In this document: piece after piece, positions 9,562 to 18,604 of the stretch
Layout: each line of letters begins with the position of its first letter
Numbering within the stretch: position 1 is the stretch's first letter
Source of the DNA: Candidatus Saccharibacteria bacterium UBA4727
Lineage (GTDB): Bacteria > Patescibacteriota > Saccharimonadia > Saccharimonadales > Saccharimonadaceae
DNA: 52,542 nt
NCBI GenBank assembly: GCA_002404195.1
Contig: DHJF01000001.1
Span: 1 to 52,542 of the forward strand
Direction: 5' to 3'
Made by a program: the position numbers and the translations under genes
Notes under the pieces: model-generated
Database searches by the model: none
Told to the model about the DNA's origin: nothing
What the model saw: only the letters and a program-made list of their open reading frames with translations

Positions 9562-10110
9562 CTATGAAATAATATTATAGTGTTCGATTATTCGTTCGGC
9601 GGTTTTATCGGCTGGCGATTCGGTATTATCAATCTGCAAATGGTCGAAGTCAGGGAATGTCTCATAGCCGTAGCCACCTCTTGCGAGTAAATCACTTAAA
9701 CCCTCTACTGTAGCGACCTTTCTAAAATTCTTACGCGTCGCGCTAACAACACGACTATCAAGTTCGCTACGATCAGGTGTGAGGTGGGCAAGATATAATG
9801 GTTGATTATAATTCTTAGCTGTTTCAACAATGAAACGCATAAGATCAAGACCTCCTGGACCGCCAAAATTTACCGTCGTTACGACATCCACACCAGACTC
9901 GAAGATCGCGTTATAGATGTCTTTTCGTATCTTACGGCTCAATAGTGCTCGGCGTTCATTAAACTCAGGTTGCTCATAAGGAAAAAGATCAACCAATATA
10001 TCCTGAATTAGATGATTGTGAAATAGCTTATATCCTGTTTTCTGTGCGAATTCTGTCGCTGTCGTCAACTTGCCTGATGCGACTGGACCATAAATAACAC
10101 ATACACTCAT
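9562..10110 (-). CDS. P-loop kinase-like ATPase (AAA_33-like), function unknown
   Basis: Walker A YGPVASGKLT at the N-terminus; 182 aa; 3 nt downstream of gatB. Confidence 0.55.
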   Translation of the reverse strand: MSVCVIYGPVASGKLTTATEFAQKTGYKLFHNHLIQDILVDLFPYEQPEFNERRALLSRKIRKDIYNAIFESGVDVVTTVNFGGPGGLDLMRFIVETAKNYNQPLYLAHLTPDRSELDSRVVSATRKNFRKVATVEGLSDLLARGGYGYETFPDFDHLQIDNTESPADKTAERIIEHYNIIS

Positions 10111-10113
10111 GTT

Positions 10114-11565
10114 TTATAGCCTCTCTCGAATTAGTTTTTGCGCTAGCGCTGGGTTTGCCTTTCCTTGAGATTGCTTCATCACTTGACCGACTAAAAAGCC
10201 GATGACCTTATCATTACCATTCTTAATATCTTCGATCGCCTTGGCGCTCGTTGGGTCGGCTAATACCTCTTCAACAATAGCGATAATCGCACCTTCATCA
10301 CTCACCTGCAACAAGTTCTTTTGCTCAGCGATAGCACGTGGATTCGTCGCACCGCGTGTCAAATCAACAAAAATCTCTTTAGCGGCCGTACTTGAAAGCT
10401 GATTGTCGGCAGTCATTGTCGCCAGCTCAACTAAATCGTCACGTGTCGGTAGCGTGACTTCGGTCGCAAGATTCTCTTCATCCTTACCGCCGAGTGCACT
10501 CGCAAACCAGTTAGCGACACGCTTGGTGATAGCATCACCTGATTGCTCCTGAATGGCCGTCACCAATTCGGCATAGGCTTGGACAGAAAGCAGCGCATCG
10601 ATTACCGAACGGTCAACGTCAAGCGTTTGCCATTTGGCGCGGTATTCCGGCGGTAGTATTGGAACAGTCGCTTGAATGGTTTCAATTTCTTCGCTAGACA
10701 GTACAATTGGTGGAATATCAGCGTCGGGCATGTAACGATAATCCTGGGCGTCTTCTTTGCTGCGCTGTGAATTCGTCACCTGCTTTGTGTCGTCCCAACC
10801 ACGCGTTTCCTGAACGATCGCTTCGCCGCTCTCGAGGCGTTGCACCTGACGACGGAATTCATATTCAGCGGCTTTTTCGACACTACGGAATGAATTAAGA
10901 TTCTTCACCTCAGCACGCGTACCAAGCTCAGTCGCACCCTTGAGTGCGACTGATACGTTGACGTCAAAACGCATATTGCCATGGTACAAATCACCACGGG
11001 TGACGCCGGCGTATGTCATGAGATGATGGAGTTCAGTGGCATACGCCTTTGCACCTGCCGCCGAGTGAATATCCGGGTCAGATACAATCTCAATCAGTGG
11101 CGTCCCCGCGCGGTTCAAGTCAACCAAGCTGTAGTCACCGTAGTGCGTCAGCTTGCCGGCATCTTCTTCCATGTGGGCATGGTGAATACCGACGCGAATC
11201 GTCGTGCCGTCTTCAAGCGGTGCATCGATATGACCGGCTAGAATAATCGGATGATACATCTGCGTCGTCTGGTAGCCTTTCGGTAAATCTGGATAAAAAT
11301 AATGCTTGCGGTCAAAACGACTCACTTGGGCAATCGGCGCATTCAGGGCCTTACCGGCTTTTATAGCCAGGTTAACCGCCTCGCGATTGAGTACCGGCAA
11401 CATACCAGGAAGACCAAAATCAATGGGACTGACAACACTGTTTGGTGATTTATCACGGGCATCGTTATCGGCGCCACTGAATAACTTTGTCGCGGTCGCA
11501 AGCTGAACATGACACTCGATACCAATCGTTATGTCATATTTATTAAGAATTTCATCGCTGATCAT
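10114..11565 (-). CDS. gatB: Asp/Glu-tRNA(Asn/Gln) amidotransferase subunit B
   Basis: 483 aa. IGIECHVQL..., HYFYPDLPKGYQ, and a GatB/YqeY C-terminal tail. Confidence 0.95.
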   Translation of the reverse strand: MISDEILNKYDITIGIECHVQLATATKLFSGADNDARDKSPNSVVSPIDFGLPGMLPVLNREAVNLAIKAGKALNAPIAQVSRFDRKHYFYPDLPKGYQTTQMYHPIILAGHIDAPLEDGTTIRVGIHHAHMEEDAGKLTHYGDYSLVDLNRAGTPLIEIVSDPDIHSAAGAKAYATELHHLMTYAGVTRGDLYHGNMRFDVNVSVALKGATELGTRAEVKNLNSFRSVEKAAEYEFRRQVQRLESGEAIVQETRGWDDTKQVTNSQRSKEDAQDYRYMPDADIPPIVLSSEEIETIQATVPILPPEYRAKWQTLDVDRSVIDALLSVQAYAELVTAIQEQSGDAITKRVANWFASALGGKDEENLATEVTLPTRDDLVELATMTADNQLSSTAAKEIFVDLTRGATNPRAIAEQKNLLQVSDEGAIIAIVEEVLADPTSAKAIEDIKNGNDKVIGFLVGQVMKQSQGKANPALAQKLIRERL

Positions 11566-11984
11566 TAAATTGCTCCAACATCTTTTAGTGCTTGTTTAAA
11601 ACCGGCTAACGCCCGACGCGTTGCATCATGCGATAACTGCACGTCTGATTCATGCGCCACCTGGTTGCGTAACTTATGTGCCCCCCACACAGCATTGGCA
11701 TTTGACCATGTCGGCTGCAATACTTTCATACGCTCACCCATCGTTTCACCCTTCGTACCGCGCTCTTTCAGTGCTTGATCGAGCAGCTTATCAGCGTTTA
11801 AAACACACAGCTGGTAGCTGGCGGTATTATCTTTTTGCAATTGCTGTTCGATAGCCAGCCACTTACTACGATATTTATTAACATCGAGCTGGACGCCACC
11901 TTTTTTAGTGAAGAGAAGAATAACGGCGAGCAATCCGGCAATAACCAGAATACCAACCAAGAATGGCAATAACACACCATCCAT
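11565..11984 (-). CDS. Membrane-anchored HEPN-like (DUF4145-type) protein embedded in the gat operon
   Basis: 139 aa. N-terminal TM helix LLPFLVGILVIAGLLAVILLF. C-terminal helical domain ends AHKLRNQVAHESDVQLSHDATRRAL (Rx4H). TAATG overlaps with gatA (11984) and gatB (11565). Confidence 0.6.
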   Translation of the reverse strand: MDGVLLPFLVGILVIAGLLAVILLFTKKGGVQLDVNKYRSKWLAIEQQLQKDNTASYQLCVLNADKLLDQALKERGTKGETMGERMKVLQPTWSNANAVWGAHKLRNQVAHESDVQLSHDATRRALAGFKQALKDVGAI

Positions 11985-13366
11985 TATGCTTGATCCTCGA
12001 GTGAACCAGCGAGCGCCAGAAGCGCTGCGTCACTTTTGCGTGGACCAATCAACTGAACGCCCACGGGCAAGCCCGCTGCAGTCACACCCGCTGGGACGCT
12101 AATGGCAGGGAGACCAGCAAGACTTGGTGGCACGGTCATAATATCCGCCAGGTACATTTTGATTGGATCGGCCGTATTTTCACCCAAACCAAAGGCAGGC
12201 GTTGGCGAAACTGGACTCAGGAGGACGTCATAGTTTTTGAACAATTCATTATATGCGTTGATAAGCAACGTTCGAGCTTTTTGCGCCTGCAAATAGTAGG
12301 CGTCGAAATAACCGCTCGATAGCACGAAGCTACCAATCATAATACGACGCTTGTTTTCAGTCACGAACCCTTGGTCGCGCGTTTTACCGTAGAGTTCAGC
12401 CAGCGTCTGCACACCTTCGGCCCGGTAACCATAACGGATGCCGTCATAACGAGCTAGGTTACTACTGACTTCGGCAGGAACGATAATGTAGTACATAGCG
12501 AGCGAATGCGTGAGCATTGGGAGGTCAACCTCATCTATGGTGTGGCCAGCGGCGCGAAGTTTTGCAACGTACTCATTCATTCGCGCGCGCACTTCGCTAT
12601 CAACGTCATCGCTCATTGATTCGCGAATCAGACCAATTTTTTGACCTGCCGTAACATTAGTGGTTGGTGCAAAGAAGTTAGGGAGCGTCGTCATATCGCG
12701 CTCATCCTGCCCGGCCATAATATCCATAATGAGGGCTGCGTCAGCCGTGGTGTGGGCGAAGCAGCCAATCGTATCCGTACTGCTCGCCATCGCCACGACG
12801 CCGTAACGACTGACCGTGCCGTAGGTCGGCTTGACGCCCACGACGCCGTTAAAGCTGGCTGGCTGACGAATCGAACCACCCGTGTCGGTACCAAGCGCAA
12901 ACGACACGATATCAAGTGCGGTGACGACAGCCGAGCCGCCGCTACTTCCACCTGCAACTTTGGTGGTATCGACCGCGTTAAGCGTTGGGCCGAAGGCAGA
13001 GTTTTCGGTACTCCCACCGTGCGCAAAGGCATCAAGATTTGCTTTACCGATACAAATTGCGCCCTCAGCCTCGAGTCGCTCAACCGCCGTCGCCTGCAGT
13101 GGTGCTGTAAAATTTTCGAGCATTTTACTCGCAGCGGTTGTTGGTGCGCCAAATGCCAAAAAGTTGTCTTTCACGACAAACGGCACGCCAGCAAGACGGC
13201 CCGTAATGTCACCCCGATCAACTGCATCGGCGCGCTCAAGGGCACGTTCTTTCGTCAGGCTCAGCAGTGCGTGATAGTGTTCGTGCGCTGCCGCTTTTTC
13301 AAACGCTGCTTCAACTCGTGCGCGAGCCGAACTCGTTTGGCGTATACATTCAGAAATAGTTGTCAT
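11984..13366 (-). CDS. gatA: Glutamyl-tRNA(Gln) amidotransferase subunit A
   Basis: 460 aa with the amidase signature GGSSGGSAVVTA...GTDTGGSIRQPA. Confidence 0.95.
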   Translation of the reverse strand: MTTISECIRQTSSARARVEAAFEKAAAHEHYHALLSLTKERALERADAVDRGDITGRLAGVPFVVKDNFLAFGAPTTAASKMLENFTAPLQATAVERLEAEGAICIGKANLDAFAHGGSTENSAFGPTLNAVDTTKVAGGSSGGSAVVTALDIVSFALGTDTGGSIRQPASFNGVVGVKPTYGTVSRYGVVAMASSTDTIGCFAHTTADAALIMDIMAGQDERDMTTLPNFFAPTTNVTAGQKIGLIRESMSDDVDSEVRARMNEYVAKLRAAGHTIDEVDLPMLTHSLAMYYIIVPAEVSSNLARYDGIRYGYRAEGVQTLAELYGKTRDQGFVTENKRRIMIGSFVLSSGYFDAYYLQAQKARTLLINAYNELFKNYDVLLSPVSPTPAFGLGENTADPIKMYLADIMTVPPSLAGLPAISVPAGVTAAGLPVGVQLIGPRKSDAALLALAGSLEDQA

Positions 13367-13656
13367 TATAAAACCTTCGGTACTTTCACTTGGTTATCTT
13401 GCTGAGCTGGCGCCAGCGCTAAGAGTTGTTCGCGCGACACGCCGTAATCAATCACGGCGTCACTACGACCGATATTCTCAAGATCGGTCACCTGATAGGT
13501 TGGGTCGACACCCGTAGTGTCTAATTGGCCCAGTTGCTCGATATAGCCCAAAATATCGTTGATATCCGTCACTAGGTTGCTTACTTCGTCGTCTGCAAGT
13601 TGCAAACTACTCAGCTGTGCTAAATGTTGCACGTCGTCGCGAGAAATTACTGTCAT
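13366..13656 (-). CDS. gatC: Asp/Glu-tRNA amidotransferase subunit C
   Basis: MTVISRDDVQHLAQLSSLQLADDE... is a typical GatC of ~96 aa. I chose the internal ATG at 13656, not the track start at 13731, because TGaTATAAT (13672-13664) lies 7 nt upstream. Confidence 0.85.
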   Translation of the reverse strand: MTVISRDDVQHLAQLSSLQLADDEVSNLVTDINDILGYIEQLGQLDTTGVDPTYQVTDLENIGRSDAVIDYGVSREQLLALAPAQQDNQVKVPKVL

Positions 13657-13663
13657 ATCATCT

Positions 13664-13672
13664 ATTATATCA
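13664..13672 (-). promoter_or_regulatory. Extended -10 promoter element (TGaTATAAT) of gatCAB; predicts a leaderless transcript
   Basis: The minus strand reads cgTGaTATAATagatgatATG, with 7 nt between the hexamer and the ATG and no room for a Shine-Dalgarno. Confidence 0.5.
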
Positions 13673-13790
13673 CGAGGAAATGAGTGAAAATACGGTATAT
13701 GAACACAACCCATCAATAATGAATAAACCATTGCATCACGAAGTATATGCTACAGTGAATGTATCCAGTAACGTAGTGGAGGTAACAGCT

Positions 13791-14402
13791 ATGAAGCGGT
13801 CACTCATTATGATAATCGGGGCATCCGGTAGCGGCAAAACAACGCTCGGGCGAAATGCTGCCGAAAACCTAAGCGCGGACATGTCAGTTGAGCACATTTC
13901 AACTGGCAACTTGGTTCGCCACATCGGCACAGGTGCCATCAAGTCCACGCACTATCAAACGCTCTTGAATCACTTAAACAGCCCAAAACCGAACGAGCGC
14001 TTCACTGATGAAGTCCTTTCTACTATCATTGGCGAAGCGCTAAATCGCACCGATGCCGACCTCGTCTTACTAGACGGCGCACCGCGCACTGCCGAGCAGC
14101 TCAGCCATGTCAACGAACTCGTCGCCAGAGATAATCGCCACTTAGCCGGGGCAATATTGGCGTTCGTCGCCACGAAAGAGACAGGCATCACTCGACTTTT
14201 AAAACGACGTCCGCGTGACTTTTCGCAGCAGATGAGTTACGACCAAGCAGCCGAGCAGCTCGCTTACTCAAGCGCACCACTCGAGCAAGTGGAAGACGCA
14301 CTCACCATGGGTGGCGTCCCCCTGCGCTACGTCGACACCTCAGGTCCGAAAATACAGACAGCCGCGTATGGTACATCTGTCATATATGACTTCTTGCAGT
14401 AG
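13791..14402 (+). CDS. Adenylate/nucleoside-monophosphate kinase-like P-loop protein
   Basis: MKRSLIMIIGASGSGKTTLG (Walker A) and ...LLDGAPRTAEQ, Adk-like. Start chosen at 13791 because GGAGG lies 9 nt upstream; the track start at 13617 overlaps gatC. Confidence 0.65.
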   Translation: MKRSLIMIIGASGSGKTTLGRNAAENLSADMSVEHISTGNLVRHIGTGAIKSTHYQTLLNHLNSPKPNERFTDEVLSTIIGEALNRTDADLVLLDGAPRTAEQLSHVNELVARDNRHLAGAILAFVATKETGITRLLKRRPRDFSQQMSYDQAAEQLAYSSAPLEQVEDALTMGGVPLRYVDTSGPKIQTAAYGTSVIYDFLQ

Positions 14403-14466
14403 CCCTACTCCCATCGGAATACTTTGAAGGTAGTAGGCAAATCATGGCTTATCACGCGTGAAATAA

Positions 14467-14503
14467 AATAACCCCGCAGACAATTCTACGGAGTTATTTT
14501 TGT
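14467..14503. terminator. Bidirectional intrinsic terminator (kinase-like gene / DEAD-box helicase)
   Basis: aataaccccgcag...ctacggagttatt forms an imperfect 13-position stem (11 pairs). An A-tract precedes it and TTTTTG follows. Confidence 0.6.
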
Positions 14504-14515
14504 TTAAATCACAAC

Positions 14516-15766
14516 TTAGCGTCGTTCAATAAATGTGTGGGCGTGGCCACGAGCACCACCACGACCAGTTCGGCCGATACGGTGTGTGTAATCTTCGTAC
14601 GTTTGTGGCGTATCGAAGTTAATCACGTGTGAGACATTTGGAATATCAAGACCACGAGCGGCAACGTCAGTTGCAACCAATACTTTGACGCGGTTGTCTT
14701 TGAATTGCTTCAATGCACGCTGGCGTTGTGATTGGTTCTTGTTACCGTGAATCGCAGCTGATGGAATACCGACGTTATCAAGGTGATCAGACAAACGCTG
14801 CACACCAAACTTCGTTTCACCAAAGATAAGCACCTTATCGTAGGCAGCTGTTTTTAGCATGTCTTCGAGAAGTTCAATCTTGTGCTGTTTGTCGCGCGCT
14901 TCAATCACATCTTGTTCAACGTGTTCAGATGTTTCTGATGTACGCACCGATACAGTGATAGGATCATGTAAGAAATCGTTAACAAGTGCTGAAATCTCAG
15001 GGGTAATCGTGGCGCTAAAGAACAATGTCTGGCGCTCACGTGGCATTTCGTTGATGATCTGACGAATGTCAGGCAAAAAGCCCATGTCAAGCATACGGTC
15101 AGCTTCGTCAAGAACAAGCGTTGTCATGTTCTTCAGTTGAAGAACACCACGCTGCATCAAGTCTTTTAGACGACCTGGCGTACCGATAATAACGTGAGGG
15201 CGACGCTTAAGGTCACGAATCTGACGGTCAATGTTCACACCACCAACAACCAGTGTTGAGTAGAGGTCAAGACCACGGCTAAAGACGCGGAACTCTTCGT
15301 CAATTTGCTGAGCAAGCTCACGCGTTGGTGCCATAATAAGGACGCTTGGACGTAGGGTAATGCCACTCTGACGTTCGATAATCGGCAAAAGAAATGCTGC
15401 CGTCTTACCAGTACCAGTGTTGGCCAGACCAATAACGTCTTTGCCGTCAATAATATGTGGGATTGCTTGGTCCTGAATCGCACTTGGCGTTTCGTAACCC
15501 TTGCTTTCAATGTTGTGATGCAACTGAGCACCAAATGGAAAGTCAGCGAATTTATGCGTTGCAGCATAAGGAATTTCGTCAGCTTTCGCTATCGCTTTGT
15601 TGATAAATTTAGCTGGATTGATGTACTTTTTAGCTGGACCGCGACTACCGCCGCCACGTCGGCCACCACTGCGACCACCGCCGCCGCCGCTAAAACCGCG
15701 ACTAGCGCCTCCTTGTGGGCGACCTTGATTAGGGCGTCCGCCCCGTGAGTTTTGTTGAAATGCCAT
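14516..15766 (-). CDS. DEAD-box ATP-dependent RNA helicase with an N-terminal RGG-rich tail
   Basis: ANTGTGKTAAF, VLDEADRML, SAT and HRIGRTGRGG motifs. The first ~47 aa are Gly/Arg-rich: RGGRPNQGRPQGGASRGFSGGGGGRSGGRRGGGSRG. Confidence 0.9.
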   Translation of the reverse strand: MAFQQNSRGGRPNQGRPQGGASRGFSGGGGGRSGGRRGGGSRGPAKKYINPAKFINKAIAKADEIPYAATHKFADFPFGAQLHHNIESKGYETPSAIQDQAIPHIIDGKDVIGLANTGTGKTAAFLLPIIERQSGITLRPSVLIMAPTRELAQQIDEEFRVFSRGLDLYSTLVVGGVNIDRQIRDLKRRPHVIIGTPGRLKDLMQRGVLQLKNMTTLVLDEADRMLDMGFLPDIRQIINEMPRERQTLFFSATITPEISALVNDFLHDPITVSVRTSETSEHVEQDVIEARDKQHKIELLEDMLKTAAYDKVLIFGETKFGVQRLSDHLDNVGIPSAAIHGNKNQSQRQRALKQFKDNRVKVLVATDVAARGLDIPNVSHVINFDTPQTYEDYTHRIGRTGRGGARGHAHTFIERR

Positions 15767-15924
15767 AGAAAATAACCCTTTCGTTAGTTCTTGTTGATAG
15801 CTGTATGCAGTCTACAGGGAAACCCTGGGGAGAACAGCGAGAGTATATTTCGGTGGCCGCGCTATATATTTTTCGTGCGCTAGTCTTTGAAAGAGGCTCG
15901 ACATTCATCGAATGCAATGTGTCT

Positions 15925-15953
15925 ATTGTAGCACAAGTATGATGACTTTGCAA
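15925..15953 (-). promoter_or_regulatory. Sigma70-type promoter of the DEAD-box helicase gene (TTGCAA-17-TACAAT)
   Basis: The minus strand reads TTGCAAagtcatcatacttgtgcTACAAT. This predicts a ~150-nt structured 5' UTR before the ATG at 15766. Confidence 0.6.
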
Positions 15954-15991
15954 TAGTAATTATTGATGTCGTAATATATAAATTACTAATG

Positions 15992-17968
15992 CTATGACAG
16001 GCGCGCCTGAATATCAGCAATCATATCGCGCAGTTCGGCTGCTTTTTCAAACTCAAGATTAGCGCTAGCTAGTTCCATTTGACCCGTTAAGTCTTTCATC
16101 AAAGATCTGTACTCGTCTTTTGGAATCTTATTCAAATTAAGTTTTTTCGGCTTGTTCTTTTCTTTATCAGGGATAATCGCGCGTAAGCCTTCATCGATAG
16201 CTTTGGCAATGCTAGTTGGCCGAATGTTATGTTCGGTATTATAGGCTTCTTGAATACCGCGACGACGATTCGTCTCGTCGATTGCCGCCTGCATGGAACG
16301 CGTGATTCGATCGGCGTACATCAGCACCGTACCTTCTTCGTGACGAGCGGCACGGCCAATCGTCTGAATCAGGGCACTTTCACTGCGCAAAAAACCTTCT
16401 TTATCGGCATCCATAATTGCCACCATACTGACTTCCGGTAGGTCGAGTCCTTCACGCAATAGGTTGATCCCGACGAGTACATCGTAGACGCCCATACGCA
16501 GATCCTTTAAGATATCACCGCGCTCGAGCGTATCAACTTCACTATGGATATAGGCGACTTTCATATCAAGTTCCTGGAGATACGTCGTAAGATCTTCGGC
16601 CATTCGCTTGGTCAGCGTCGTAATCAGAACGCGCTGGTCTTTGGCGGTGCGCCCGTTGATTTCAGCAATCAGATCATCAATCTGACCTTTGGTTGGACGA
16701 ATAATAATCTCTGGGTCGAGCAGTCCAGTCGGACGAATAATCTGCTGTGCCGGCGCCGGACTATGTTCAAGTTCGTAGTCACCCGGCGTTGCCGATACGT
16801 ACACCGCCTGGTTGATGTGCGTATCAAATTCAGCAAAAGTTAGCGGGCGGTTATCGAGCGCTGACGGCAAACGAAAGCCATAGTCAACCAAGACTTCTTT
16901 ACGAGCCCGGTCACCGTTATACATACCACGTACTTGCGGTAGGGTTTGATGGCTCTCGTCGACAAGCAACAAAAAGTCATCTGGAAAATAATCCATCAAG
17001 GTCGCTGGTTGTTCGCCCGGTTCGCGGTTTGTCAGGTAACGCGAATAATTCTCAATCCCCTTTACAAAACCCGTCTCCTCAAGCATCTCAATATCATACT
17101 TCGTACGCTGCGACAGTCGCTGCGCTTCTAGTAATTTGTCGTGCTTTTCAAAATAGTCCATGCGCTCGGCAAATTCTTTTTTGATACCTTCGATTGCCTG
17201 TCCTAATTTTTCTTTTGGCGTCACGTAGTGACTACTTGGAAAGATCGTGCAGCTAGCCGGCTCACCTAAAATCTCGCCCGTCAGTGGGTCGATGCGCGTA
17301 ATTCTATCTACTTCGTCGCCAAAGAACTCAATGCGATACGCAAAGTCACTACCAGCTGGAAAAACATCGACGACATCGCCCTTGACTCGAAAAGTACCGC
17401 GATGAAAGTCAATGTCATTACGCTGATACTGAATATCGGTCAGCAGCCGCACGAATTTATCCTGCACGCGGCGCTCGCCCTTTGTGATAGTAATTGCCAT
17501 TGTTTCATATGACTCCGGCGAACCAATGCCGTAAATACAGCTGACACTGGCGATAATAATCGTGTCACGTCGCGTCAAAAGTGCTGAGGTGGCGGCGTGA
17601 CGCAATCGGTCAATCTCATCGTTAATCTTTGAGTCTTTTTCAATATAAGTATCGCTGCTTGCCATGTAGGCTTCTGGCTGATAGTAGTCAAAATAACTCA
17701 CGAAGTAATGTACTTCACTATCGGGGAAAAACGATTTGAATTCACTATACAGCTGCGCCGCCAGTGTTTTGTTGTGCGCCATGACGAGCGTCGGCACTTG
17801 ACGGTCAACAATGATATTCGCCATCGTAAAGGTCTTACCCGAACCCGTCACGCCAAGTAGTGTCTGTTCGCGCTCGCCAGCATTCAACCCAGCAATAAGC
17901 TGGGCAATCGCAGTTGGCTGATCACCGGTCGGCTGGTAGTTGGTTTGAAGACGAAATTTCTGATCCAT
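15992..17968 (-). CDS. uvrB: Excinuclease ABC subunit B
   Basis: 658 aa. [10 protein letters not shown] Walker A, helicase motifs, and a C-terminal UVR domain ([10 protein letters not shown]). TATACT lies 7 nt upstream of the ATG. Confidence 0.95.
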   Translation of the reverse strand: MDQKFRLQTNYQPTGDQPTAIAQLIAGLNAGEREQTLLGVTGSGKTFTMANIIVDRQVPTLVMAHNKTLAAQLYSEFKSFFPDSEVHYFVSYFDYYQPEAYMASSDTYIEKDSKINDEIDRLRHAATSALLTRRDTIIIASVSCIYGIGSPESYETMAITITKGERRVQDKFVRLLTDIQYQRNDIDFHRGTFRVKGDVVDVFPAGSDFAYRIEFFGDEVDRITRIDPLTGEILGEPASCTIFPSSHYVTPKEKLGQAIEGIKKEFAERMDYFEKHDKLLEAQRLSQRTKYDIEMLEETGFVKGIENYSRYLTNREPGEQPATLMDYFPDDFLLLVDESHQTLPQVRGMYNGDRARKEVLVDYGFRLPSALDNRPLTFAEFDTHINQAVYVSATPGDYELEHSPAPAQQIIRPTGLLDPEIIIRPTKGQIDDLIAEINGRTAKDQRVLITTLTKRMAEDLTTYLQELDMKVAYIHSEVDTLERGDILKDLRMGVYDVLVGINLLREGLDLPEVSMVAIMDADKEGFLRSESALIQTIGRAARHEEGTVLMYADRITRSMQAAIDETNRRRGIQEAYNTEHNIRPTSIAKAIDEGLRAIIPDKEKNKPKKLNLNKIPKDEYRSLMKDLTGQMELASANLEFEKAAELRDMIADIQARLS

Positions 17969-17992
17969 TACGTCTAGTATACGACATAGAGA

Positions 17993-18604
17993 CTAACCGC
18001 GGCCAGCGCGACTCTCGCTCACCTGAGCGTCAGTACCATCGTGTTGAAAATCAGCGTACTTTTCATCAAGCGCATCAATGACCTTTTGCACCAGGCGTGC
18101 TGGGTCAGTATCATAAATCACATCTTTTGCACCCGGGGCTTCGATGTTCTCTAGAAGAACGGGTGTATAGTCAGCTAAGCCGCCGCTGCCAAGGAGAACG
18201 CCACAAACTTTGCGACTTTCAAGCGCCGTCGATAGCTCGTGCAAGCTACCCATACGACCACCGACGGTGATGATGCCGTCACAGCTTCGTACCAGGTGAA
18301 CGTCACGGCCGACATATTCCATGCCAGTGAAGTTGATGTAGTCGAACTCTTTCGTTGGCAAGCGGTAGGTCGCTACGTGCTCGCGGAATGATGCTGCTGG
18401 CGAGAAGCCAATCGATAGACCGCGTCGCTCAGCTGGAACCGACATAACACCCATCGCCGCGTAATGCGGCAGACCGACGGTTGCGCCGGTAAGGAGTGTT
18501 TTGCCCTGCTCGGAAATCGCTTTACCAAGCTCAAAGGCGAGCTTGTGAGATGTCTGCACGGTGGAACCGCTAGCTGCACCTGAAACACAAATCTGATATT
18601 TCAC
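17993..18604 (-). CDS. LOG/TIGR00725-family Rossmann-fold protein (possible nucleotide phosphoribohydrolase)
   Basis: 203 aa. GAASG N-terminus and VGGRMGSLHE, resembling the LOG PGGxGTxxE motif. Start/stop are coupled with the upstream kinase gene at 18604. Confidence 0.6.
   Translation of the reverse strand: MKYQICVSGAASGSTVQTSHKLAFELGKAISEQGKTLLTGATVGLPHYAAMGVMSVPAERRGLSIGFSPAASFREHVATYRLPTKEFDYINFTGMEYVGRDVHLVRSCDGIITVGGRMGSLHELSTALESRKVCGVLLGSGGLADYTPVLLENIEAPGAKDVIYDTDPARLVQKVIDALDEKYADFQHDGTDAQVSESRAGRG

Noticed and set aside
13657-13731. Longer N-terminal extensions offered by the ORF track for gatC (13731), the kinase-like gene (13617), rpiB (25587), the PfkB kinase (21578), cyoD (47757), the MFS transporter (48940) and the methyltransferase (51755)
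   Set aside because: The extensions overlap neighbouring genes, terminators or promoters and add non-homologous residues. Internal ATGs are supported by a Shine-Dalgarno, stop/start coupling, or -10 elements at leaderless distance.
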